Below, one piece after another: positions 54,353-64,000 of a DNA stretch of 64,000 bases (position 1 is the first letter of the stretch; each line of letters opens with the position of its first letter). A model generated the notes under the pieces. That model worked only from the letters and a program-made list of their open reading frames with translations. It ran no database searches and had not been told where the DNA came from. Where the stretch lies: contig CAZELU010000001.1 of NCBI GenBank assembly GCA_964513215.1, positions 27,773 to 91,772 on the forward strand. The letters run 5' to 3'. The position numbers and the translations under genes were made by a program. Source of the stretch: an uncultured Bifidobacterium sp. (lineage in GTDB: Bacteria > Actinomycetota > Acidimicrobiia > Acidimicrobiales > Ilumatobacteraceae).

Positions 54353-56526
54353 CAGTCGCGACCTCCGGTTGTTCCGCCACCGAGACAGCGGTTGTCGGGC
54401 AACTTTCGATCGGGTGCCGCGAACGACGTGGTGACGTCGAGCGGGTTGGACGGCGCAACCGCTGGCGTCTTCACCGCACCGGCCAGAGCCATGAACATGC
54501 ACTTCACGACCGGAGCGGCCGCCCGCGATCCGTATCCCGACTTCTCGAGGTACGCCGAAGCGACGTAGGGCTGATTGCCGTCGAGGCTGAACGCCGCGAA
54601 CGCCGACGAGTCGTTCCAGGGCAGACCAGCGGCACCCTGAGCCGTTCCGGTCTTGCCAGCGATGGGAAGCACTTCGTACGGGTAACTCGAGAAGAGGCGC
54701 TCGCCGGTGGTTGCGTGGTAGCGCTCGTTGTCGACACCCGGTCCGGTGATCACACGCTGCAGTCCACGTTTGATGGGCGCGAGGAACTCGGGATCGATCT
54801 CGAGGTTTCGAATCACGTTGGGCTCGTTGAGTTGCAGAGCGACTCGCGACTTCGAAAGGTCGGCCACACCCACGATCGCACTGTCGGGGGTTCCGGGCTC
54901 GAGCAGCGCCACCGCGATGAGCGGACGATTCACTCTCCCGCCGTTGCCGAGCGCGCCGTAGGCCTGCACCAACTGGATCGGTGATGCGGCGAGGAGTCCC
55001 TGACCGATGGCCAACTGCACGTTGTCACCGACGAGGTAGTTGGGGCTCTCGCCCTCCAACAGCACCCCGGTCTCGACGAGTTTGCGCTTGGATTCCTTGT
55101 CGGGAACACGGCCGGCCGACTCGAAGGGCAGATCGATACCCGTCTTCGAACCGAAACCGAACTTGCGGACTTCCTCCTGCAGGATCGGCTGACCACCACG
55201 CTCGGAGAAGATCTCCTCACCGATCTTGTAGAAGAAAGTGTCGGAAGAAACGGCGAGAGCCTCTTCGACTCCGACCCGTCCGTAGCGACACGGGTAACGA
55301 CTGCCGCCGCAGAGAGCGTTTCGGTAGATGCATTTGACCACTTGACACGTCTGCTCGTCGATACTCGTGAGCGTGTACGTGCCACGGTCGAGGTACGTGT
55401 ACGTGGGGCCGCCCGGCAACTGTCCAGAATCGAGCGCGGCGTACACGACGAAAGGTTTGAAACTCGATCCCAGGTTGTACTGGCCCTGGATCGCTCGATT
55501 GACGAGAATCGACCGGTCAGGATCGTCGGTGCGAGGGAAGATCTGCGCGAATTTGTCACCCGACAACGTGGACGTGAACCAGCGGTTGTCGAACGTCGGA
55601 TAACTCGCCAAAGCGAGGATCTCCCCCGTGTCGAAGTTCGACAGCACGACCGACCCGGCCGGCGCCTTGAGGTTCTGGCACTCGGGGAACTGAGGTTTGA
55701 CCGGAAGGTCGTTTTCGTCCCGGGCCTGACACGTCTCGACGAATCGACGCAGTCGCAATTGCGTCTCGAGGGCCAGCTCGGCGTACTGCTGCAGGTCGAG
55801 GTCGATCGCCAACTGCAGATCCATTCCGGCGACCGGCTCGACCCGCTCGACTTCGCTCAGGATCGCCCCGCGCGAATCGACTTCGTACTTCACGAAACCA
55901 GGCGTCCCGCGCAGATACGGCTCGAAGATCTTTTCGACCCCGAATTGACCGACTCGTTCGTTGAGGTCGTAACCGAGATCGCGGTATTGATCCGCGTCGG
56001 ACTCGGTGATGGCTCCGAGATAGCCGACGACGTGAGCCGCCAGCGGAGCGTACGGGTAGTCGCGGCGCCATTGATTCGTCACGTCGATGCCTGGAAAGTC
56101 TTCGACTCTCTCGATGAGATACAGCGCAACGTCTTCTCCGACGCCCTCTTTCAACGGCATGGGGAGCAACGGGCTGTACCGGTTGCTCTGGTAGCGACCT
56201 TCCATGTCGGAGATCGGAAGATCGAGGACTGGCGAGAGTCGCGTGAACAGTTCGCGCCGAGCGTCGTCGTCGCGCATCGCCTCCCAGGCCACGGTGATGG
56301 TGAGGATCCGTTCGTTGTCGGCGAGAACTCGACCTTCGCGATCGAAGATACGGCCACGTTCGGGAAGCAGCTTGACCGTGCGGGTCTTGTTGGCTTGAAC
56401 ACGTTGTTCGAGAGCCGGCGCATCCACGACCTGGAGGAACCACATGCGCAGTCCGAGCACCGAGAACATCAGCGCCCCGATCGTGCCGATCGCGGCCAGA
56501 CGGCTGGTGCGACGATCGCGGCTCAC
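54352..56526 (-). CDS. mrdA: Penicillin-binding protein 2 (elongasome class B transpeptidase)
   Basis: ORF trimmed to GTG 56526, which forms a GTGA overlap with the mreD stop. It has a TM anchor and the motifs GSSFKPF (SxxK), VSSD and GKTGTAQ. Confidence 0.9.
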   Translation of the reverse strand: MSRDRRTSRLAAIGTIGALMFSVLGLRMWFLQVVDAPALEQRVQANKTRTVKLLPERGRIFDREGRVLADNERILTITVAWEAMRDDDARRELFTRLSPVLDLPISDMEGRYQSNRYSPLLPMPLKEGVGEDVALYLIERVEDFPGIDVTNQWRRDYPYAPLAAHVVGYLGAITESDADQYRDLGYDLNERVGQFGVEKIFEPYLRGTPGFVKYEVDSRGAILSEVERVEPVAGMDLQLAIDLDLQQYAELALETQLRLRRFVETCQARDENDLPVKPQFPECQNLKAPAGSVVLSNFDTGEILALASYPTFDNRWFTSTLSGDKFAQIFPRTDDPDRSILVNRAIQGQYNLGSSFKPFVVYAALDSGQLPGGPTYTYLDRGTYTLTSIDEQTCQVVKCIYRNALCGGSRYPCRYGRVGVEEALAVSSDTFFYKIGEEIFSERGGQPILQEEVRKFGFGSKTGIDLPFESAGRVPDKESKRKLVETGVLLEGESPNYLVGDNVQLAIGQGLLAASPIQLVQAYGALGNGGRVNRPLIAVALLEPGTPDSAIVGVADLSKSRVALQLNEPNVIRNLEIDPEFLAPIKRGLQRVITGPGVDNERYHATTGERLFSSYPYEVLPIAGKTGTAQGAAGLPWNDSSAFAAFSLDGNQPYVASAYLEKSGYGSRAAAPVVKCMFMALAGAVKTPAVAPSNPLDVTTSFAAPDRKLPDNRCLGGGTTGGRD

Positions 56527-57059
56527 GCGAAGATCTCCGGCGGCGGCGCCAAACGCGCACGACGCTTGATGACGAGCCCCCAGCGCATCACGGGTGCGGC
56601 CAGCGGGACGACGAGAGCGTTGGCCAACGCCACGACGATGGCGACCTCGATCACCCGAGTCGTGAGCCAACCGTCGACGCCGACCCACGTGGCCACGACC
56701 GGGTACGCGAAGGTCGCGGCGGCCGAACCACCGGCGCCGATCAGTGCGTTGAGCCACCACGGATTGGCGACTGCGAGAGAGTTCGCATAGCCGGCGAGGA
56801 ATCCGACCAGTCCGTAGACCAACGCCGTGAGGCCGAGCGGGCTCGAGAGAACCAGGTCGAACATCAATCCGAACATGAAGCCCGCCAGGGCTCCGCGCTC
56901 GGAACCACCAGAGATGCCCGCGCCGATCGACAACGCGAGCATGATCTGCAGCGCAATGCCATCGAATTCGAGATCGGCGAGCAGGGTCGTCTGTACCACG
57001 AGTGCGATGAGTCCGATGAGAGTCAATCGAACCACCGGGCGGTTGATGAGTTCGATCAT
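56523..57059 (-). CDS. mreD: Rod shape-determining protein MreD
   Basis: 178-aa multi-pass hydrophobic protein between mreC and mrdA, with 4-nt overlaps on both sides. Confidence 0.75.
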   Translation of the reverse strand: MIELINRPVVRLTLIGLIALVVQTTLLADLEFDGIALQIMLALSIGAGISGGSERGALAGFMFGLMFDLVLSSPLGLTALVYGLVGFLAGYANSLAVANPWWLNALIGAGGSAAATFAYPVVATWVGVDGWLTTRVIEVAIVVALANALVVPLAAPVMRWGLVIKRRARLAPPPEIFA

Positions 57060-58159
57060 CGACTCACCGCCGGTTGGTACAGCAACACGCGCACGAAGTT
57101 GAGCGTGGAGAGACGAGCAGTCAGGCGAACCTCGAGCACAGCACCCGAGGTGCCACTTCGCTCGACGATCTTGACGACCCGGCCGATCACGATGCCGCGT
57201 GGCGCGAGACTCTTCGACCCGCCCGCGGTGATGACGACGGCGCCCACCTTGATTTCACCGAAGCGCGAACTCTGATCGACGAACTCGACGATCGGGGCGC
57301 GATCGGGACCGCGTCCTCGGAAGGCTCCGGTCTCGGCCGCCGGCAAGGAGTTGATGTCGACCACCGACGAAGGGGTCGGCTGGGTGGTGGGCGGAGCAAC
57401 CGTGAGGACCGGGGCGATGGAAGTGACGACCGGAGCGATACTCGTCGACGGTGACGGCGTGATCGACGTGGACGTGATCGCGGCGGCCGCGCCCACCGGA
57501 CTCGTGGTCGTGGGAGCCGTCGTGGTCGTTGTCGGTGTCGTCGTTGTGGTCGGCACGGTCGTGGTGGTCGGCACGGTCGTCGTGGTCGCAACCGGCTCGG
57601 GTTCGGGCAAGTTCAGAACTTGAACCGGGATCGCGTACGACACGTCGGTGGCCAACATCACGATCGATCGGTTGGCGAACACTTCGGTGACCTTGCCCAC
57701 CAGACCGGCCGCATTCACGACCGGCATCCCGACGCGCAGGCCGTCACTGCTCCCCTGGTTGATCTCGACCGTCTGCGAGAAATTGGTCGGGCTCTCGCCC
57801 ACCACTTGCGCGGTGATCGACGAGATGTCGGTGAGATCGTCGATGCCATTCAGAGCGAGAAGTTCCTGCGCGTCACGCGCGGTCGCCAGAGCCGCGATGA
57901 ACGCGCCCTCTTGCTGATCGATGCGGTCCTGTAGACGCTCGTTCTCGGCTTCGAGATCGTCGTATTGCGTGATTCCACGCCACGCGTTGCCGATGGGACG
58001 CGTGATCACCCGGCCAGCGTCCTGCAGCGGCTGGAACACCGTGCCGAAAGCCCGCCGCACACCGTCGACCACGGCGTTGCCCTGTAGGTCGAGAGTGATC
58101 AGGAGAATGGACGAGAGAGCCAGCAGGACGACGGCTCGTCGTCGGCTCATCGAGAACAT
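57056..58159 (-). CDS. mreC: Rod shape-determining protein MreC with an internal Thr/Pro/Ser-rich insertion
   Basis: ORF trimmed to ATG 58159, 4 nt after the mreB stop. It has the TM VVLLALSSILLITL, the coiled coil QYDDLEAENERLQDRIDQQE, and beta-barrel motifs MPVVNAAGLVGKVTEV and GIVIGRVVKI. Confidence 0.85.
   Translation of the reverse strand: MFSMSRRRAVVLLALSSILLITLDLQGNAVVDGVRRAFGTVFQPLQDAGRVITRPIGNAWRGITQYDDLEAENERLQDRIDQQEGAFIAALATARDAQELLALNGIDDLTDISSITAQVVGESPTNFSQTVEINQGSSDGLRVGMPVVNAAGLVGKVTEVFANRSIVMLATDVSYAIPVQVLNLPEPEPVATTTTVPTTTTVPTTTTTPTTTTTAPTTTSPVGAAAAITSTSITPSPSTSIAPVVTSIAPVLTVAPPTTQPTPSSVVDINSLPAAETGAFRGRGPDRAPIVEFVDQSSRFGEIKVGAVVITAGGSKSLAPRGIVIGRVVKIVERSGTSGAVLEVRLTARLSTLNFVRVLLYQPAVSR
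57546..57581. repeat. 18-nt tandem duplication (gtggtcggcacggtcgtg / gtggtcggcacggtcgtc) inside the mreC low-complexity insert
   Basis: 17 of 18 positions are identical. It encodes TTTTVP-TTTTVP on the minus strand. Confidence 0.8.
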
Positions 58160-58163
58160 GGGG

Positions 58164-59195
<1,032 letters not shown>

Positions 59196-59228
59196 GACCG
59201 CACCTCCTCGCCCCGTGAGGGGGAAATG

Positions 59229-59639
59229 TTACAGATTCGGGAAGAAAATCCCGATCTCCCGCTCGGCCGAGGCCAGGGAGTCGGAACCGTGGACCAGGTT
59301 CTCGGTGAAGAGAATCCCCAGGTCACCACGGATGGTCCCGGGAGCCGCGGTACGCGGGTTGGTGGCTCCCATCATGGTGCGTACGACCTCCCAGGTGTTC
59401 TCGGGGCCTTCCACGACCAGCGCTACGACCGGTCCGCGCGACATGAAGGCCACCAGGTCGGCGTAAAAACCCTTACCCACGTGCTCTTCGTAGTGACGGG
59501 CCAAGGTGGCCGCGTCGAGCGTGCGCAGGTCGAGAGCCACCAGCTTCAGGTTCTTCGACTCGAAACGGCTGAGGATGGTTCCCACCAGGCCGCGCTCGAC
59601 AGCATCGGGCTTCAACAGGACGAGGGTGCGATCGGACAT
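59229..59639 (-). CDS. ndk: Nucleoside diphosphate kinase
   Basis: ORF trimmed to ATG 59639, giving 136 aa. Contains RTLVLLKPDAV and NLVHGSDS (catalytic His). Confidence 0.95.
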   Translation of the reverse strand: MSDRTLVLLKPDAVERGLVGTILSRFESKNLKLVALDLRTLDAATLARHYEEHVGKGFYADLVAFMSRGPVVALVVEGPENTWEVVRTMMGATNPRTAAPGTIRGDLGILFTENLVHGSDSLASAEREIGIFFPNL

Positions 59640-59650
59640 GAGGATCGACG

Positions 59651-60943
59651 CTATCGGTCGAGTACGTGTGGCCGGGCCGCCCCCACCACGTAGAGGGAGC
59701 CCGTGACCAGAATCGCGTCGTCGGCACCGGCCTCGTGCCGGGCCTCGTCGAGCGCGGCTTCCACGGTGGCGACCACGCGCACGTCGTCGCACCCGATGCT
59801 GCGCGCGGCCTCGGCCAGTTCGGAGGCCGGTCGACCGCGCGGTGACGGAGCGGTGCAGCACACGACCACGTCGAATTCGTCGGCCCGGAGGGCCTCGAGC
59901 ATCTCGACCGGTTCTCGACCGCGCAGGCACCCGACCACCAGGATGCGCCGACCGGCGGGATCGAAGTCTTCGAAGAACACACTCGCACACACGTCGCCGC
60001 CGGCCGGGTTGTGTGCGCCGTCGACGATCACCAAGGGTTGATGATCCAGCAACTCGAAACGGCCCGGCATGATCACCGAGGCCATGGCTTCGGCGATCAC
60101 GTCGTCGTCGAGAGGGCGGGCGAAGAACGTTTCGACTGCCGTGATGGCCACCGCTGCGTTGTCGGCCTGGTGCCGACCGTGCAGCGGCACGAACACGTCG
60201 GGGTAGATGGTGGTGGGAGTTCGCACCACGACGAGACGACCACCGAGTGCGAGTTCGTTGGCGTCGACGGCGAAGTCGGTGTCGCGCACGAGCAACGATG
60301 TGCCGCCGGCCGCCCGGAAGATCTCGATCATCTCTGGATCGGTTTCACCGGTGACGACGGCCGAAGCCGACTTGATGATTCCCGCCTTCTCGCGCGCGAT
60401 GTGGGCGCGCGTCGGTCCGGCGAACTCCATGTGATCGAGACCGATGTTGGTGATGACCGCCACCTGAGCGTCGGCCACATTGGTGGCGTCCCATCGACCG
60501 AGCAGTCCGACTTCGATCACCATCACATCGACGGCCTGATCGGCGAACCAGCGGAAAGCCGCCGCAGTACAGGTGTCGAAATAGCCGGGCCGAACCCCGG
60601 CGATGATCTCGAGATCGGCGATCGCACCCACTTGCTCGCCGAAGTCGTGATCGGAGATCTGAACGCCGTCGATCATCATGCGTTCGTTGACGCGCTCGAG
60701 GTGCGGACTGGTGTACGTACCCACCCGAAGGCCGCTGGCCACGAGCAAACGGGTGATCATCTGGGCGGTCGAGCCCTTGCCGTTGGTGCCGGTGATGTGA
60801 ATGACCGGAGCGCAATGTTGCGGATCGCCCATGGCGGCGCAGAGACGCTCGATCGTGGCCAGAGAAGGCGACTCGATTCGGCCGGTCTTCTCGTAGGTGG
60901 CGTGTTCGTCGAGGTAGTCGAGCGCTTGCTGGTAGTCCATCAA
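59651..60943 (-). CDS. folC: Bifunctional folylpolyglutamate synthase / dihydrofolate synthase
   Basis: [12 protein letters not shown]-loop and Mur-ligase family architecture. 4-nt overlap with the clpX stop. Confidence 0.9.
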   Translation of the reverse strand: MMDYQQALDYLDEHATYEKTGRIESPSLATIERLCAAMGDPQHCAPVIHITGTNGKGSTAQMITRLLVASGLRVGTYTSPHLERVNERMMIDGVQISDHDFGEQVGAIADLEIIAGVRPGYFDTCTAAAFRWFADQAVDVMVIEVGLLGRWDATNVADAQVAVITNIGLDHMEFAGPTRAHIAREKAGIIKSASAVVTGETDPEMIEIFRAAGGTSLLVRDTDFAVDANELALGGRLVVVRTPTTIYPDVFVPLHGRHQADNAAVAITAVETFFARPLDDDVIAEAMASVIMPGRFELLDHQPLVIVDGAHNPAGGDVCASVFFEDFDPAGRRILVVGCLRGREPVEMLEALRADEFDVVVCCTAPSPRGRPASELAEAARSIGCDDVRVVATVEAALDEARHEAGADDAILVTGSLYVVGAARPHVLDR

Positions 60944-62223
60944 CTCGCAGCGCGGCGCGGCCGCTGCGAACGCACCGCGGCGCGGGGCACCAGCGTGGGC
61001 GGAACCTTGGCGGTGACCGTGTCGGCATCGACGACCACGCGGGCCACGTCGTTGCGGCCCGGCAGCTCGTACATCGTGTTGAGCAATGCGTCTTCGAGAA
61101 TCGCGCGCAGACCACGCGCGCCAGTACCGCGCTTGAGCGCGAGTTCAGCAACCGCATTGAGCGCCGACTCGGTGAGTTCGAGTTCGACGTCTTCGAAGTC
61201 GAAGAACTTCTGGTACTGCTTCACGAGCGCGTTCTTGGGTTCGACGAGGATCTTCACCAAGGCATCCATGTCGAGGTTCTGCACCGCACCGACCATGGGC
61301 AGTCGACCCACGAACTCGGGGATGAGCCCGAACGCCAAGAGGTCTTCAGGGAGCACCTGCGAGAACAACTCGCCGGGATCTTTTTCGGCCTTGCTACGCA
61401 CCGTGGCGTGGAAGCCGACTCCCTTGTGGCCGATGCGCTGCTCGATGATCTTGTCGAGGCCGGCGAACGCACCACCGCAGATGAAGAGCACGTTGGTCGT
61501 GTCGATCTGAATGAATTCTTGGTGTGGATGCTTGCGGCCACCCTGCGGAGGAACCGAGGCCACGGTGCCTTCCAGGATCTTGAGCAGCGCCTGCTGCACA
61601 CCTTCACCCGATACGTCACGGGTGATGGACGGGTTCTCGCTCTTACGCGCGATCTTGTCGATCTCGTCGATGTAGATGATGCCCGTCTCGGCCTTCTTCA
61701 CGTCGAAGTCGGCGGCCTGGATGAGCTTCAAGAGAATGTTCTCGACGTCTTCGCCCACGTAGCCGGCCTCGGTGAGCGCGGTGGCGTCAGCAATGGCGAA
61801 CGGCACGTTGAGCATGCGCGCGAGAGTCTGAGCCAGGTGCGTCTTGCCGCAGCCGGTGGGCCCGAGGAGAAGGATGTTGCTCTTGGCCAGTTCGACTTCG
61901 TCGCGCTTCGCGAGAACGTTGTCCTTCTGGTACTGAATGCGTCGGTAGTGGTTGTAGACGGCGACGGCCAGAACCTTCTTGGCCTGGGTCTGGCCCACCA
62001 CGTACTCGTCGAGGAACGTACAGATCTCGCGCGGATTCGGGAGATCGTCCATCTTCAAGTCGGAGGCTTCACTGACCTCTTCCTCGATGATCTCGTTGCA
62101 GAGATCGATGCACTCGTCGCAGATGTAGACGCCAGGGCCGGCAATGAGCTTCTTGACCTGCTTCTGCGATTTACCGCAGAACGAGCATTTCAAGATTTCG
62201 CCGGTGTCACCGAATTTCGCCAC
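60940..62223 (-). CDS. clpX: ATP-dependent Clp protease ATP-binding subunit ClpX
   Basis: Zinc finger CSFCGK...CDECIDLC, Walker [12 protein letters not shown], and Walker [13 protein letters not shown] start at 62223 preceded by AAGGAGG. Confidence 0.97.
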   Translation of the reverse strand: MAKFGDTGEILKCSFCGKSQKQVKKLIAGPGVYICDECIDLCNEIIEEEVSEASDLKMDDLPNPREICTFLDEYVVGQTQAKKVLAVAVYNHYRRIQYQKDNVLAKRDEVELAKSNILLLGPTGCGKTHLAQTLARMLNVPFAIADATALTEAGYVGEDVENILLKLIQAADFDVKKAETGIIYIDEIDKIARKSENPSITRDVSGEGVQQALLKILEGTVASVPPQGGRKHPHQEFIQIDTTNVLFICGGAFAGLDKIIEQRIGHKGVGFHATVRSKAEKDPGELFSQVLPEDLLAFGLIPEFVGRLPMVGAVQNLDMDALVKILVEPKNALVKQYQKFFDFEDVELELTESALNAVAELALKRGTGARGLRAILEDALLNTMYELPGRNDVARVVVDADTVTAKVPPTLVPRAAVRSQRPRRAAS

Positions 62224-62318
62224 GTCTACCCTCCTTCGGGTTCACAGTCTGACGGATGGCCGACCCTGTTGTCGGCGATTTGCGTCAAGACCTTGAACAG
62301 AACCCCGAAAGACGCAGG

Positions 62319-62951
62319 TCAGCGGATGGGTCCGCCTCGGTCGACGACCGCGCGGCTGGAGATCACGTCGTCGATGATTCCGTACTGGAGCGCCTCAGAT
62401 GCTTCCATCACGAAGTCACGATCGGTGTCGGCATGGATGCGCTCGATCGGCTGTCCGGTGTGGCGAGCCAGGATTTCTTCGAGCAGATCGCGCATACGGA
62501 GGATCTCCTTGGCGGCGATCTCGAGATCGGTCACCTGTCCGTAACCGACCTGACCGTACGGCTGGTGCAAGAGCACACGGCTGTGCGGCAGAGCGAGACG
62601 CTTGCCCTTTGTTCCGGCGGCGAGCAGAACGGCAGCGGCGCTGGCCGCCTGGCCGAGACAGATGGTGGCGATGTCGTTCTTGATGAACTGCATCGTGTCG
62701 TAGATCGCGAACAGCGCCGTGATGTCGCCACCAGGGCTGTTGATGTAGATGTTGATGTCCTTGTCGGGGTTCTCGCTCTCGAGATGGATGAGCTGAGCGC
62801 AGACGAGGTTGGCGATCGTGTCGTCGATGGGGGTGCCGAGGAAGAGAATGTTCTCCTTCAGCAACCGGCTGTAGAGGTCGTAGGCCCGCTCACCGCGGTT
62901 GGTCTGCTCGACGACCGTGGGGACGTAGTAGTTGAACGCATCGAGATTCAT
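62319..62951 (-). CDS. clpP: ATP-dependent Clp protease proteolytic subunit ClpP
   Basis: [21 protein letters not shown] (Ser) and LLHQP (His). The ATG overlaps the tig stop (ATGA). Confidence 0.95.
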   Translation of the reverse strand: MNLDAFNYYVPTVVEQTNRGERAYDLYSRLLKENILFLGTPIDDTIANLVCAQLIHLESENPDKDINIYINSPGGDITALFAIYDTMQFIKNDIATICLGQAASAAAVLLAAGTKGKRLALPHSRVLLHQPYGQVGYGQVTDLEIAAKEILRMRDLLEEILARHTGQPIERIHADTDRDFVMEASEALQYGIIDDVISSRAVVDRGGPIR

Positions 62952-64000
62952 GAGTCGGTCCCGTCGTGGTCGTGCTGATGGTCGTGGTCGTGCTGGTGAT
63001 CGGCAGCCGAGTGGCCGACCACAGTGTCGCTGTCCAGTGTGGCACCGGAGGGGTCGACATACGTGACGTTGTGCACGAGCCAGTCGAGGGCCTTGCTCTT
63101 GGAGATCTCGGCCGCCAGGTCGACGAGCGCGTCGTTCGCCTGATACGCGGCGCGCACCTGGTCGACGGTGATCAACTTGGGCTTCTTTTTCGATCCCGAC
63201 ATCATCTGCTGACGGATGGCGTCATCGTTCGAACGATCGGCGATTCCGGCCAGTTCACGTTCGACGTCGTTGTCATCGGCCTGAAGTCCTTCGGCTTCCA
63301 CGACGGCGCGCAGAGCCAGATCGACTTTGGCCGCCTTCACGGAGGCCGGACGGAACGATTCGACGAACGTGGCCGGCTCCTGACCGGTCGCCTGCAGCCA
63401 CTGCTCGAGGTCCATTCCCTGCGACGCGAACTGGCGAACGACGTTCTGAACCCGACGTTGCAGATCGGCCGACACCATCGACTCGGGAGCATCGACCGAC
63501 ACGAGTTCGACCAATGCGTCGGTGACCTTCTCGACCAGCGAGTTGCGGACCTGGTTCCAGCGAGCCTCGGTCATGCGCTCGGCAACCGACGCCTTCCAGG
63601 CGGCAATGGTGTCGAAACCTTCGACGTTGGCGGCAACCCACTCGTCGGTGAGATCGGGAACCACGAGCTCTTGAACCGACGTCACCTTGACCACGAAGTC
63701 GGCGGGTTCTTCGGTGCCGTTGGGGGTGTCGGTGAATGTGAGTTCGGCTCCGGCCGACGCCCCGGTCAACTTGTCGTCGAACTCGGGTGATACCCACTTC
63801 TTGCCGATCTCGTACGACCAGTCGTCGACCGCGAGGCCGGCGACCGGTGCGCCATCGCGTGAGCCGACGAGATCGACCACCACGAAGTCGCCGACTCCGG
63901 CTGGACGTGACACGTCGGTGAGTGTTCCCTGGCGACGGAGTTCGGCGGTCACCACGTCGTCGATGTCGGCATCGGACACCGTGGGCGCATCGATCTCGAC
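62948..64000 (-). CDS. tig: Trigger factor, C-terminal ~350 aa (5' end runs off the window)
   Basis: The frame stays open from 63979 to nt 64000 ([17 protein letters not shown]). It has a PPIase-like segment [14 protein letters not shown], a C-terminal helical arm, and a tail ending [21 protein letters not shown]. Confidence 0.88.
   Translation of the reverse strand, partial: VEIDAPTVSDADIDDVVTAELRRQGTLTDVSRPAGVGDFVVVDLVGSRDGAPVAGLAVDDWSYEIGKKWVSPEFDDKLTGASAGAELTFTDTPNGTEEPADFVVKVTSVQELVVPDLTDEWVAANVEGFDTIAAWKASVAERMTEARWNQVRNSLVEKVTDALVELVSVDAPESMVSADLQRRVQNVVRQFASQGMDLEQWLQATGQEPATFVESFRPASVKAAKVDLALRAVVEAEGLQADDNDVERELAGIADRSNDDAIRQQMMSGSKKKPKLITVDQVRAAYQANDALVDLAAEISKSKALDWLVHNVTYVDPSGATLDSDTVVGHSAADHQHDHDHQHDHDGTDS
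62963..62998. repeat. 18-nt tandem duplication (gtcgtggtcgtgctgatg / gtcgtggtcgtgctggtg) encoding the His/Asp tail of trigger factor
   Basis: Read directly; 17 of 18 positions are identical. It encodes [12 protein letters not shown] on the minus strand. Confidence 0.8.

Overview
GC-rich, extremely gene-dense chromosomal core region with almost no intergenic DNA and many 1-nt and 4-nt stop/start overlaps. It shows Actinomycetota hallmarks: SepF, an MtrAB-type two-component system, DUF3040, and the dcw/ylm gene order. I can support 66 protein-coding genes, most on the minus strand. Two morphogenesis blocks dominate. (i) A dcw/ylm cluster, mraZ-rsmH-ftsL-ftsI-murE-mraY-murD-ftsW-murG-murC-murB-ftsQ-ftsZ-pgeF-yggS-sepF-yggT, runs straight into ileS (nt 1-18140). 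(ii) tig-clpP-clpX-folC-ndk-mreB-mreC-mreD-mrdA-rodA-[radical SAM + DUF2344]-rne-rplU-rpmA-obg-proB covers nt 44595-64000. Between them lie housekeeping and metabolic genes: an M23 peptidase, an LplA-like protein, an HNH nuclease, an acyl-CoA dehydrogenase, two ROK kinases, dinB, ppm1, an IMPase, mtrAB plus a GerMN lipoprotein, pfk, glpK, an aminotransferase, a GT4 glycosyltransferase, queG, a GMC oxidoreductase, a MoxR/VWA pair, murJ and a dGTPase-like protein. I saw no rRNA, tRNA, CRISPR array, IS element or prophage. This is ordinary core genome rather than an accessory island, so the findings are modest. The best candidate for an undescribed module is the uncharacterised radical-SAM/DUF2344 pair stitched between the Rod-complex operon and rne-rplU-rpmA. 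Other points are a dcw cluster without murF or divIVA, a GTGG(G) direct-repeat array upstream of mraZ, an orphan MoxR-VWA-phosphatase-GMC string, a small Cys4 ORF, and several low-complexity insertions or tails in MreC, RNase E and trigger factor. All family assignments rest on motif recognition by eye and need HMM or BLAST confirmation.
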